A stretch of DNA of 62,869 nucleotides, filler included, from Aduncisulcus paluster (taxonomy: Eukaryota), in NCBI GenBank assembly GCA_024181965.1. It is 6 parts of 6 records of this genome, joined end to end, with 100 filler letters (N's around TTAATTAATTAA, not from the genome) between each part and the next. Parts side by side here need not be neighbours in the genome. Positions count along the whole stretch, not along the records: positions 23,212 to 38,431 come from BQXS01010872.1; positions 38,532 to 45,390 come from BQXS01010873.1; positions 45,491 to 56,111 come from BQXS01010874.1; 3 more parts are not named here. The stretch is one strand, 5' to 3'. Below are positions 37,135 to 47,760 of the stretch, piece by piece. The notes under the pieces were generated by a model, which saw only the letters and a list, made by a program, of their open reading frames with translations, ran no database searches and had not been told where the DNA came from. How positions within the stretch are numbered: the stretch's first letter is position 1; each line of letters begins with the position of its first letter. Made by a program: the position numbers and the translations under genes.

Positions 37135-38431
37135 ATGTCTTCAAGTGTAATAATTGCTGAAAAGCCTCAATTCGAGCCAAGACAATTCTTTCGAGAGTTT
37201 TCTGAAATCCCTCCCTTTTCGGATCCAAAATGTGTTCAAATTAATGTATCTACTTCATCCGGTGTAGGTAGAAGTTGCGATATCCCCTTTTTTAAAAAAA
37301 GAATTTCCATGGACATTGTTATTCCATTCATGAAATTATCTCTCTCGTTTCATTCTATTTCTCAAATCGGTTTATTATTATTACAGTTTGAAGGGGGGAA
37401 ATTCCAACCCAAAGAACTTTTGTTGGGCTATGAATCTGATGGAAAACAATTTAGCCAGAAATTAGTCACTACTCTTATTACTACGAACTTTACTCGTCAG
37501 TGGCAAGCATTTTATGTTAACCTAAAGGATTGTAAACAGTGTACAATCAAATGGGTTTCGAATTGGACTGGAAACGCTGATTTTACTTGGTGTTATGGAA
37601 TTCGATTCATTTCTCTATCTGTTTCGGAATCTCTTCCTCCGTTTCGTTCAACATACAATCTTTTGAAAGAATCTTTTGAATCTTCACATCGAGAAACGTC
37701 AAAACCACCCACCATCATTTCGAAATCCCCAGCTTCAACTTCTTCTTCAGCAACCCATTTGGATACTTCTTCTTCTTCTTCTTCTGCATGTGTTGCATCT
37801 TCAAAGATTTTAAATGCATTATTTATGCCAAATTCATATACTCTGACATCCCCTGATGATATTCAAATCCATTGTGTACTTGGAAAAGGTGGGTTTGGAG
37901 AAGTATTTCTTGTATCTGTCAACGGCATAAAAGAATTTATTGTATTGAAGAGATTTCTGAAACAAGGAGATATTGAGACAATTATTGAATGTAAGAAAGA
38001 ATTTCGAGCTCAGCAGAGAATGTTTCTCAACCCTAAATGTTATTCAAGGATAGCAAGACCAATGTACATTCTTAATTTACTTGATAAATCAACGCTTCGT
38101 GGCGTATACGGATTTATGATGGAATTTTGTGCTGGTGGAAGTGTATCTGATTTTGTAAGAGATTGGTGTTTCTCACGTCCAAAAATAGATAAGTTACCGT
38201 ATGAATCTGAAGGATCTGAAGATGATTTTGATGATCTTATTGCGTCTTCTCCCCCTCAACCTGACCCAATTCGTATTGCGTGCGTTTGTGTACACATGAT
38301 CGAGTGCCTTCACGATGTTTTTGTTTCAAGACCTGAGTTTATCGATCGTGACATTAAGCCCGATAATTTCCTCGTTCGTGTTGATCCCATTTCGAATGTA
38401 TGTACGATCGTTCTTGGTGATCTTGGTTTGG
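37135..38431 (+). CDS. Protein kinase with N-terminal DOC/APC10-like beta-sandwich domain, 3' truncated
   Basis: LGKGGFGEV, VLK, MEFCAGGS, DRDIKPDN and GDLGL motifs. The N-terminal ~160 aa resemble the repeat unit at 54122-55556. Confidence 0.85.
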
Positions 38432-38531
38432 NNNNNNNNNNNNNNNNNNNNNNNNNNNNNNNNNNNNNNNNNNNNTTAATTAATTAANNNNNNNNNNNNN
38501 NNNNNNNNNNNNNNNNNNNNNNNNNNNNNNN
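38432..38531. other. Artificial contig linker
   Basis: N-run/TTAATTAATTAA/N-run. Confidence 0.98.
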
Positions 38532-39689
38532 AATTCAAAAGTATACCTGGAAACTTGGAAAAATTAATGAACTCCAAGTCAAAAGAAAAAAAATACCTAA
38601 AAATAGAATTTTATAAAAAAAATATATATGAAATAATTTATTAATTTATTTCAACAAAATCTTGAATAATAGAGCAATAATGAGCCGTATTAAGATGGAA
38701 TAATATTAAACTATTGCACAAAAATTCATATTAATTTTAATGAAATTTGAACAAAGTAACAATATTTGTTATGCGCAATAATTAAGGCTTTCGTAGGGTG
38801 AGAGGCTCTATTTTAGGAAGAGCAGGATGTTATATACCAAAAGTATATAATATCGGTTTATAGTTTAATTGTGTTTTATTTATACCAATATTATTATTTT
38901 GGTAATTTCTCATGGTGTCTATTTATAGATGTACGTTGTTCCGTTTATTATAGTAAACTTGCTACGTTCAATACACCATAGAGAGATTCTAATACCATTT
39001 TTGAGGCCTATTCTCTCTCCTATTTATGATTTAGTGGTTATTTTCCTGATTTCTGAGACAAGCTTAGTTTGTGGATATGAGCGCTCGTTTGTGAGTTAAT
39101 ACTCTTTTATGTTTTATTTCCTGGCTCCTTGCGTTCTTGTAGATTGTTAATATCCTTATTCTCATCAATTTTGGTCCTCTATTATATTTATATCGAGAGC
39201 TCTCAATTCTGAAGTCGAGGTGGAGGTGAACTTTGATCATCTATATGCTCAGACTTGACCACTTCTGAGGTCATCCCATTGGTTCATGATGAAGCTTCGA
39301 CCGCTGGTGTCCTGTGTGGAGAGGGTGTTCTTAGTACAGTATACTATGGTGTGAGATTCTCATTGGTCTATTTTTAGAACTCCGATCGACAACCGTTTAT
39401 TTTTAATAAATTTGATCCAAGTCTTCATAGAAGATAACATATGGTACCTAAAAAGTTTCTATATCTCAAGACTGAGTGATTTTCTCAGTAATCTAAAAAT
39501 ATTCTACCACTATACAGACCATATTACATTTATATATATTCTCAAAATTGTTCTATAAATAGCACAGCACTCCCCAATACCACTTGAAAGTTACTTAAAT
39601 ATACCGTCACGAGTATAGATATGCCACTACTATACCATATTTATACCGTTGTACATTTGTGTATATTTGAGTATAGTTGGGTACTTTCA

Positions 39690-40070
39690 AATCCCAATAC
39701 CACCAGGAAAGAGTGAAGACGCTCCATCTCCACTTTGATAGCTTCAAGAACCTCGGTCATAGCTTCTGGTGTATCATCAACTGTAGCCACTTCGAAGATC
39801 CACTTATTAAGTTTCCTTTCTTCGAAGGGCAAGTTGATGATACCCATCTTGACTGCTAACACACTTTTCTTCTTCTTCTTTACCACCTTAACTCCATCAA
39901 GGTACCACTGAATGAATACCGAGGCACCAGACCTTTTTGACCCCTTTCCATTTCGTCTCCTCATCCATTCTTCGGCGGACTCTCTTGACCACTTCTTGGT
40001 GTCTCTCACCTCGCAACGCATCACCATCATCGATCTTCAAAGGCTCTAATCCCATCCTATCTTCCTCGAG
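39690..40070 (-). mobile_element. CACTA/Plavaka-like DDE transposase fragment B (frameshifted)
   Basis: IQWYLDGVKV...KSVLAVKMGIINLPFEERKLNKWIFEVA matches the first catalytic-Asp block (xDG...I.NLP..ER). Confidence 0.55.
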
Positions 40071-40720
40071 AGCATGGTCTCGCACAGTTTCATAATCAAC
40101 TTAATCAATTGGATCATGTGGAGATGGTCTGACATGATAATCTGTCTTGGAACAAAATCATGTTTATCAGTCAGTCTAAACAAGCCCGTGTCTGTTGAGT
40201 CTTTGAGACGGCGTTTGATGCCAAAGAGCATATCAAGACCCGTTGCCCGACACCACAAGCATGCGTTCTGTTTGTATTGCATAAATTTGCAATGTTGAGG
40301 ATGATCGGTAATGATCGCTTGCACTGTCCCATGCACATACACACGTCCCTCCGAGGTAGGGAGTATGATGCCGTTCTGGAGAATCTCACACTCTTTTTTA
40401 ATGATCAGAGCGGATATCTCCGTACTCATTCCATTCTCTTCGTCCACATAGACCTCTCTCCAGGCTGAGTTCAGGGATCGACACGCTGTCTGGAGATTGG
40501 TCAGTGTGATTTTCATGGATATTGCCGTGTGGCCACCCAAAGCTGTTGCCACTCCATTAACAAAGACGATGAGACTCAAAAAAATCCGGCATGGCAGACA
40601 GTTTATCCGGCAATATCGAGCATATTCTTGAAGGGAGTTGAGAGGGTTCTCTGGTGGGATGAGCGATTGTGTTATGGCCAGGTCAGCTTTGTATCTATTT
40701 AAAGAATCCTGATCGACCAC
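40070..40720 (-). mobile_element. Plavaka/CACTA-like DDE transposase fragment A
   Basis: LIVFVNG...ITLTNLQTACRS..AW, AIITDHPQH..CLWC and MSDHLH motifs; the first catalytic Asp appears as Asn. Confidence 0.6.
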
Positions 40721-40973
40721 AACGAGGCCGAGTGACTATAGGACAACAAATAGCAACAACGTTTTCGAAAAGTGCCTTTGGGATGCCAAAGAATTCTCTA
40801 AAAGTACTATCTAACTCTATTAATTCCAGTAAAAATCTATTACTAACAGTTCTTTCCCCAAATTGATCATCTCCAGTTTCTTCTTCAAATCCTGATTCTT
40901 CACTTAATCCAGATATTTCTCCAGACACATCATGAATTTCCTGCGACAATTCTGTTATAAATCTTCTGGCCAT
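40715..40973 (-). mobile_element. N-terminal fragment of a PIF/Harbinger/ISL2EU-like transposase
   Basis: FREFFGIPKALFENVVAICCPIVTRPRCGR resembles the N-terminal helical motif of IS5/Harbinger-group transposases; it is cut off right after GR. Confidence 0.4.
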
Positions 40974-40995
40974 ATTTTTTTAAAAAATATTAGAG

Positions 40996-41162
40996 CTGTT
41001 GCAAAAAAGACAGACCTGTTGCACAAAAACAGGATCTGTTGCACAACAAGCCGATCGTTTCAAAACAATAAAGTTGTTTCGCAACAACCCCTATTTATTT
41101 GCAACAATAGTATTGTTGCTAGAAAATAAGGAAAGTCTATTTATTACCTTATTGTTGCACAA
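40996..41162. repeat. TGTTGC motif array (transposon subterminal-like repeats)
   Basis: CTGTTGCA at 40996, 41016 and 41036 (20-bp period); inverted GCAACA at 41081 and 41101; TGTTGC at 41114 and 41153. Confidence 0.75.
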
Positions 41163-41454
41163 TCCGCGTATTATACCATTAATTCTTTCTTCGAACCTGA
41201 TAATTTTAGGACATATGCCTCGAAATTGAAAAAGTTGTGTTATTCGTATGAAATCGAATACTACAAAGGTTTGGATGGTTTGGACGGAATTTATAAAAAC
41301 AGATTCATTTTTCATTGCCAGAAGAGCATTTAGTAGAATATCGCCGATTTGATCTTCACCAATAAATTGAACTTTAAGGTTTTAAAATAATTTGCCTTTT
41401 TTTGTTACAACCATACGATGAAAGTACTTCTTTTTGAAGTCTATCCATTAAGAG

Positions 41455-42202
41455 GACTGATGAATGCTTCACTCTCGTCAAAGAAGGTTCCAGCCTATCC
41501 ATTAACCGAAACTCGACTCATCTAATTCGAAAGAGCATTGAAATTATGAACCATGCCGAATGGTCTGCACTCTACTGTGGCAGAGCATCGCTATATTATA
41601 AAGATCACATAAGCTGCATCAATATCTTTAACAGATCGGCTCACTTCCTCAAAAATCTCATTTTGATGAGAGCTCATCTCTCTAGCACTCGTGTTTGAGA
41701 CAGTCTGGAGACAGATCATGTCCCTTCTGCGGTGCTGAGGTCGAGACACAAAACCATGCTCTGGGACATTGTCTTGATTTCATGGACGACTATCGTACCC
41801 GTCACCACAAGGTTCGGGATGGGATAATTAAAAGCATTCACAAGATTTCACCCTCTACACCACTCCTCAGCGAGCAATACTCAGATCCTTACCATCGTCC
41901 GGATATAAAGGTGGACTTTTCAGCACCAACATTCATTGAAGTTGCGGTTACGTACGCTGATGCAAGTGTGGGTTCATTAGAGTCGATGTTTAGAAAGAAA
42001 AAAAACAAGTACAGAGATATTGAAGATCTTATTGTGGTTGTTTTGTGGTATATATCTTCCATTGCTTGTTAAAGAGTTGTCAGAATCATTATCTATATCT
42101 GAGAGACAGACCACTCGAGTCCTTAATGACGCAGCTCAGGTAGCTCTCCGTGAGAATTGCAGGATTTTGAGGAAGAGGTATGCTAGATCCAGGAATATGT
42201 AA
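41455..42202 (+). mobile_element. 3' part of an RLE-type non-LTR retrotransposon (CCHC knuckle + restriction-like endonuclease), frameshifted
   Basis: CPFCGAEVETQNHALGHC, RHHKV, RPDI, FIEVAVT and KKNKY motifs; frameshifts near 41695 and 42050. Confidence 0.85.
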
Positions 42203-42217
42203 TAATACAACATAAGG

Positions 42218-42327
42218 TGTAGGTTGTGGTCAGAATTGTTTGAGACAATTTATTGAATAAAGACAGTGAACCAGGATCTATAAATAGACCCTGAGAATCT
42301 TCATGTATTCCCAACACTACCCCCTCA
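42218..42327 (-). mobile_element. Candidate 3' LTR (~99 bp) preceded by a polypurine tract
   Basis: On the minus strand, TGAGGGGGTAG (42327-42317) is followed by TGTTGG...CCTACA (42316-42218), with internal TATTTATA and AATAAA. Confidence 0.5.
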
Positions 42328-42398
42328 GAGACTGGTTCTCTGTTGTGTGTATTAGAGAGAAAACCTTAGAAGACCAAGGGAAAAGAACTCTAGCTAGT

Positions 42399-42661
42399 AT
42401 CACGCAGATACTCTTAACATCACTCAGATGTTATGTAGAGATCACGTAGATCTCCTATCGACACTCCGTATAATATCCTCAGATATCAATAATCACGCAG
42501 ATTAGTATGTGTCTTGTATATGGAATATCACGCAGATATTCTGCAAGATATCACGCAGATATCACATGAATATTTCATCCATGTTTCATGAATATTTCAT
42601 ACATTTTTCCATGGATATTACATACATGTTTCATGAATATTTTGTCATACATTTTTCATGC
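42399..42661. repeat. Two adjacent degenerate tandem repeat families
   Basis: About 7 copies of ATCACGCAGAT-like units (42399-42560), then about 4 CATGAATATTT...CATACAT units (42565-42661). Confidence 0.8.
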
Positions 42662-42999
42662 ATTATAAAACTGGGCTATAGCACATAAAGATACGAGAAC
42701 AAAGGTTAAAGCACTTAATATATCATTAAAATTGCTTTATAACTCTTTCTTCATCCTTCCTTCCCCCTTTTCCACTGAAACTAAACAATATTGTGTTTCT
42801 GATGCAACCGTTGATCCTGAAGCAGTCTCATCCACAGCTTGTTTGAGAGGACCCACGTCAAGAAATCCTTCTCGTCTTACCCTTAACTTCCCATCCAAAC
42901 TCTCCCAACCCTCTACAGCTGATATTTTGACCCTGATCCTTTCCCATTTTCTGACCCAATGTTACCACCTGCCCATCCCATCCGGGTTCTTGTTGATGG

Positions 43000-43960
43000 C
43001 GTCGAGAAGACAGAATCCCGCACTTGGTGGCGTCTTCGCCGATAATGTGAGATGAATTGGGGACAGCAAGACAATGCATGTGTTTGGGATTCGAAATCAC
43101 AGCTGCAGTGAGTCTGGGAGGACATGGACATGAATTTGCCTGATACTGCGAAGCTTGTTTTTGATCATTACATCAATGTGGTGGCATGTGTCTCTACTAA
43201 CCAGTCCTAGTGATCCCATATATATGAATAATGGAGCAATGTATGTCTTATCAGCTTCAAGGAAGTGAGGCAAGAGGAGAGAAAGAGAGAGAATTCTTGT
43301 CGCTTCTGCTAGTGCAAGGTCTAGCGTCGTCTTCGATGAGTATCTCATTGCACTGCCGGTGGAGATGGAGATACCAAGATACTTGTCTCTTTCTGTTCCA
43401 TCTCTCACTCGGTCACCATTGATGTATAAGTCAACACTGTTTCCGATTGTGAAACATTTGCTACCATTCACTTTGAATCCATGGAGTATCAACCTATCGC
43501 ATAGTGATGTGAGGAATCGCTGGAGAGTGGTGGGGTCTTCGTGCAGAAGAAGAATATCATCTGCATAGGCTAACAAGTGTGTCTTGACTTCTGGGGGCAT
43601 TGCTCGATCAAGTGACAAGTTGAAGAGCATTGAAGATAAGGGCGAGCCTTGTGGCACTCCAATAGATATACTTCTCCTTCCGTCCTCAAGCTGCACAGAA
43701 GGGTTGAGTATGAGGAGGAGGAAGTGGGCAATTTTCCCCGTGCAGGTGTTGGAGATAACGTCTCAAGAGAGCATGATGGACAGAGCCAAAGGCATCTGAT
43801 AAATCAATGCCTGTTGCTCCATCAGCAATAAGTTCCCTTGCCGTCATGACATTGGTTAATGTTCCATATTCAGGGAAGAAACCTGTTTGATAAGGCATGA
43901 TAACATGTATATGAAATCCATTGCACCAATCTTCTGTTGATGACTGTACTCATGAGCCTC
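43000..43960 (-). mobile_element. Non-LTR retrotransposon reverse transcriptase fragment with internally deleted CCHC region
   Basis: QTGF, IDLSDAFGSVHH, GVPQGSPLSSMLFNL, LAYADD and KYLGI, followed by CSCDFESQTHALSCC..RRHQVRD; multiple frameshifts. Confidence 0.9.
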
Positions 43961-43974
43961 ATCGCATGGGATCC

Positions 43975-44712
43975 AATGAAGAATCTTTCTCGGTTAATTT
44001 TTAGAAAGGCGCACATAACTCTGCACAACGAGGAAAAAAGCTTCTAACAAAGTTTATAAGTCCAAGGAAACTCCTGACGCCGGTCTTAGATGACGGAGAT
44101 TTGAGATTTACGATACTTTGGACCCTTTTATCCGGGACCTTTCGGCCATAACGAGAAATATTGAATCCTAAAAAGGTAACTTCCCTCACACCTATAAGGC
44201 ACTTTTCTTCATTAAGCCTGAGCCCATATTCTGCGATTCTGTTCAACACCAGTTTCATGTTTTTACAGAATTCGTCTTTATCTTTTCCAAAAATCAACAC
44301 ATCATCGATGTATACCACACACGCTATGCCAATCAATCCATGAAAAACCTGGTTCATGCAAAACTGGAAATGGGCTGGAGCGTTAACTAAACCGAACGGC
44401 ATGTCAAGCAGTATTCATATTCACCCTCATGAGAGCAAAATGCAGTCAGAGATCTGCTATCTCCACTCTATGGGATCTGATGGAATCCTTTTGCCAAATC
44501 TAGCGACGCAAAGACATTCATACCGTTCAAGGCTTCAATGCAATCATCCAATCTTGGCAATGGATGAGGGTACGGGATAGTAATTTCATTAAAGCTCCTG
44601 AAATCTATGCACATCCTAAGCTTGTTTCCTTTCTTAGGTACTATAACCAATGGACTGAAAAAGGGTTTTTTGCTCTTAGTAATTACTCCCCTCGCAAGCA
44701 AATCATCAAATA
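43975..44712 (-). mobile_element. Ty3/Gypsy LTR retrotransposon reverse transcriptase fragment
   Basis: SPLVIVPKKGNKLRMCIDFR, LPRLDD, LDLAKGFHQIP, MPFGLVNAPAHFQ, VYIDD and VRSFLGLINF; frameshifted and stopped. Confidence 0.92.
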
Positions 44713-45390
44713 TCTTCAGAGGAATAACTATCTTCTTCACTCTCTTTCACCTGATATTTCTTTCTCATTTCCTCTCTTATCCTTCTAATTTCCTCTTTTC
44801 TGATTCTTTTCTTCTTTTCTTCTCATTTCTGCTTCTCTTCTCATCTCTTCTCTTGTGATTTCAAAAGCTGTCTCTTCTTCCTCTTCTTCTTCATAATACT
44901 CATTCCTTCTCATGAATACCCTTTCAAATTCTTTCATTTCTTCTTCTTCTTCACAATATCTTCTCTTGCCACAGCTTTCTAATCCACTAACATGTTCACC
45001 TTCACTCTCTTCCATGACATCACCCGATAAGACATCAGCCAAAAGATCAGATGTCTTTGATTTTGTGTAATGATCTTTCAAATAATGCTGTTGGACAGTC
45101 TTATGGGTATGGTCTCCTAACATAGCCACCGACCATGCTTGTTCTTCGGTAAGAGCATCAGTGCTAAATGCCAGTTCAGTTATGGATTTTCTTAGGGTTG
45201 TTATGGTTATATGCTTTCCGGAAACATCATCCAACCAAGAAGAAATAACATAATTAGATAATGGTTTGCAGTTTGAAGAAAAAAATACAGGTAAACTCTT
45301 CAATGAGGGTGAAGAGGAGAAATGAGAATCAGTATTCAACTCATAAAATCTTTTTCTGAGACCATCTCTCCACAATATCAGAGATGTCTT
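44712..45390 (-). mobile_element. Tyrosine recombinase C-terminal fragment (Crypton-like or viral integrase), 5' truncated
   Basis: ITITTLRKSIT...VAMLGDHTHKTVQQHY gives the R...H...Y catalytic pattern; the acidic tail is frameshifted. Confidence 0.65.
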
Positions 45391-45490
45391 NNNNNNNNNN
45401 NNNNNNNNNNNNNNNNNNNNNNNNNNNNNNNNNNTTAATTAATTAANNNNNNNNNNNNNNNNNNNNNNNNNNNNNNNNNNNNNNNNNNNN
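45391..45490. other. Artificial contig linker
   Basis: N-run/TTAATTAATTAA/N-run. Confidence 0.98.
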
Positions 45491-45491
45491 A

Positions 45492-47030
45492 CTGAGAAAA
45501 GTTGGACAAGACGGGCAAGAACAACAAGAAGAAGAGGAAACTCCTGATATCCCTGCCGGAGAAAATGAAATGGAATCCTTAACATTTGCTGACACTGCCC
45601 TTGCTTCTTTCTCAAACATAAACTCCACTTCTTTCTCTCTGAAAAAATTTGTCATTTCACTCGAAGCTTGTTTCGATTTCATCCGAAGTGGTCTCGTCAA
45701 AGGTGGGAAAACTCTTGTATATGATGAGAATGGTGATGGAACTGCTGCTGCTGTAACCGCTGCATTCCTTGTGGATTCTTTGTCATTCTCCTGTTACCAT
45801 GCATTCCTCAAGGTCCGTAATATTAGACCTACACTCCGTCCTCCCTTGGGTCTCGTGTATCTTCTCTCGCAGTGGGATAGAAAGCGTGTGAAGGCAGGCA
45901 CAACCCAGCAGAGTCACATGACGAACAAAGAAGAATCAAGCGCCAATCATGGAAGGCGAGGTGGTGCTGTATCTGCACGTGCAAGTGCATCTGAAGGTCG
46001 GAGATATCAGTGTTTGTGTGGTCGTGTTTTCTTTACCATCATGAAAGAAGGTGTTTCAAGAGAGCGAGAATGGCAACCATTTGTAGATGAGAGAGAAGGT
46101 AATTCTGGACACGATACTATCGATAATAGACATGTATTTTATGATGAACCCATGTCAGATGATGGGTCCAGGAACAGCGAAGAGGAAGAAAATGAGAGTA
46201 TTGATGATATTTCTACTCCAATTTCAACCCCTGTATCTACCCCTCTTGTTACTGCCAGGAGTTCAGAAACAGATAAGGATTTTCAGTCCTCACCACTTGT
46301 GACTACTGAGCGTCATGCTACGTTCGCTTGTGAAACTATTGGTCCCTCAAATCTAACAATTCCTTCAGTATCAATTGTGCCTCCTTCGTCAAACCTTGGC
46401 CGTTCAGCCACTTCTCATCTTGCTGGGTGTGCTTCTGTCCCGTGTGAGACCATCCCAAATCCTTATGTGTGTCGATGCTGTGAAGCTCCAAATGGAGAAA
46501 AAGATAGGAAACCGTGTCCCTCGGTCTCTTGTTCAAAGATCCTGGAAGAATGGGAGACAGTGTACGGATTCCAGCAGAGTCGTGTGAAATGGTTCCATGT
46601 GTCGTCCGATTATGTTCTTAGTAATTGGCGAAGGACCACTGTTCTTGCTGAAGGTTATTCTGATGACGAATGGGATATTTGGAGGTGCAGAACGTGTGGA
46701 TACATATCACACGCCACTTCAAAGCTTTCCGTGAAAGAGGAGGAAGGTGAAGATGTCGAAGAAGAGGAAGAAGAAGAGGAAGAGAGAGAGGAAGATGACG
46801 AAAGAGAAGATGAGGAAGAAGAGAGAGAGGAGGAAGAAGAGAAGGAAGAAGAGGATTTGGGAAAAGATACTTTCCATTCCCCAGAATATTCCCCCAAAAT
46901 AGATGCTGACACTGAAAGAATATTGAGACGTCTTCGAACCATCAAGAATGGTGGGGAAGATGAGGCTGCTCATTATTCTGGAGAGATGCAAATTGTGTCA
47001 AATATTACAATTCCTGAGTTTATTGTTTAA
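45492..47030 (+). CDS. Dual-specificity phosphatase-fold pseudophosphatase with Cys-rich C-terminus, 5' truncated
   Basis: ACFDFIRSGLVKGGKTLVYDENGDGTAAAVTAAFL...AFLKVRNIRPTLRPPLG follows the DSP pattern but lacks the catalytic Cys and Arg; CxC/CxxC pairs lie downstream. Confidence 0.7.
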   Translation: MRKVGQDGQEQQEEEETPDIPAGENEMESLTFADTALASFSNINSTSFSLKKFVISLEACFDFIRSGLVKGGKTLVYDENGDGTAAAVTAAFLVDSLSFSCYHAFLKVRNIRPTLRPPLGLVYLLSQWDRKRVKAGTTQQSHMTNKEESSANHGRRGGAVSARASASEGRRYQCLCGRVFFTIMKEGVSREREWQPFVDEREGNSGHDTIDNRHVFYDEPMSDDGSRNSEEEENESIDDISTPISTPVSTPLVTARSSETDKDFQSSPLVTTERHATFACETIGPSNLTIPSVSIVPPSSNLGRSATSHLAGCASVPCETIPNPYVCRCCEAPNGEKDRKPCPSVSCSKILEEWETVYGFQQSRVKWFHVSSDYVLSNWRRTTVLAEGYSDDEWDIWRCRTCGYISHATSKLSVKEEEGEDVEEEEEEEEEREEDDEREDEEEEREEEEEKEEEDLGKDTFHSPEYSPKIDADTERILRRLRTIKNGGEDEAAHYSGEMQIVSNITIPEFIV

Positions 47031-47220
47031 TTTTTTTGTTTTCTTATAGGTTATTTTTGTTTTTGTCTTAGATGTTCCATTGATTGTCTTGAATGGTAAT
47101 TCTACGATGAATAATAAAATTCAATTGTTTTCAATATATTTTGATACCTTTCGCCAACTTTAGTGTAATCATTTCAAATTAAATGATACGTAATACGTGG
47201 GATGTGATGGCATTGATATA

Positions 47221-47496
47221 ATGGAAGAACTTCTCGATGAAGCAAGAGTGGAGATGCAATTACACGTTGACGGATACGATTCTTCTCACCCTTCTATTGA
47301 ACCAGAAGGAACAATGGGAATGCCAAGGGATTCTGCTGATGATGCTCAAGAGAAGGTGCAGAGGGATATTGATATTCTTTGCAAGACTCTTATTGATAGA
47401 TTCGATAGGCTGAGTGCAGAAATGAAAGCTTATAGTCCATCGTTATTGATAGATTCGACAGTTGAGTGTAGAAATGAAAGCTTTTTGTCCTTATAA
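47221..47496 (+). CDS. Short hypothetical ORF or gene remnant
   Basis: Coding-like composition (MEELLDEARVEM...), with coding-like sequence continuing out of frame past the stop. Confidence 0.3.
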   Translation: MEELLDEARVEMQLHVDGYDSSHPSIEPEGTMGMPRDSADDAQEKVQRDIDILCKTLIDRFDRLSAEMKAYSPSLLIDSTVECRNESFLSL

Positions 47497-47760
47497 GGGA
47501 GATTTCAGATGAATTGGATGTGAGAAAAGGATTATTTGCTTTGAGAGGTAGATTCTCTTCATAACCTTCATGAGGAATAGATTCCATCCAAAAATCAGAG
47601 GTATATCATTGTTTACAAGACGTAGAGATAGAATTTGGAGTATTTTACCCCAATTTAGGGTAACAGCTATTGAGGTCGAGTAAAAAAGTTAAAAATATTC
47701 TTAAATGAGCCATAATAATAAGGAACGATTTCATTTTGAAACCGTAATTCCTATAATGTC

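Noticed and set aside
42399-42661. Spaced ATCACGCAGAT repeats as a CRISPR-like array
   Set aside because: The repeats are only 11 bp, degenerate and irregularly spaced; no cas genes; eukaryotic TE context.
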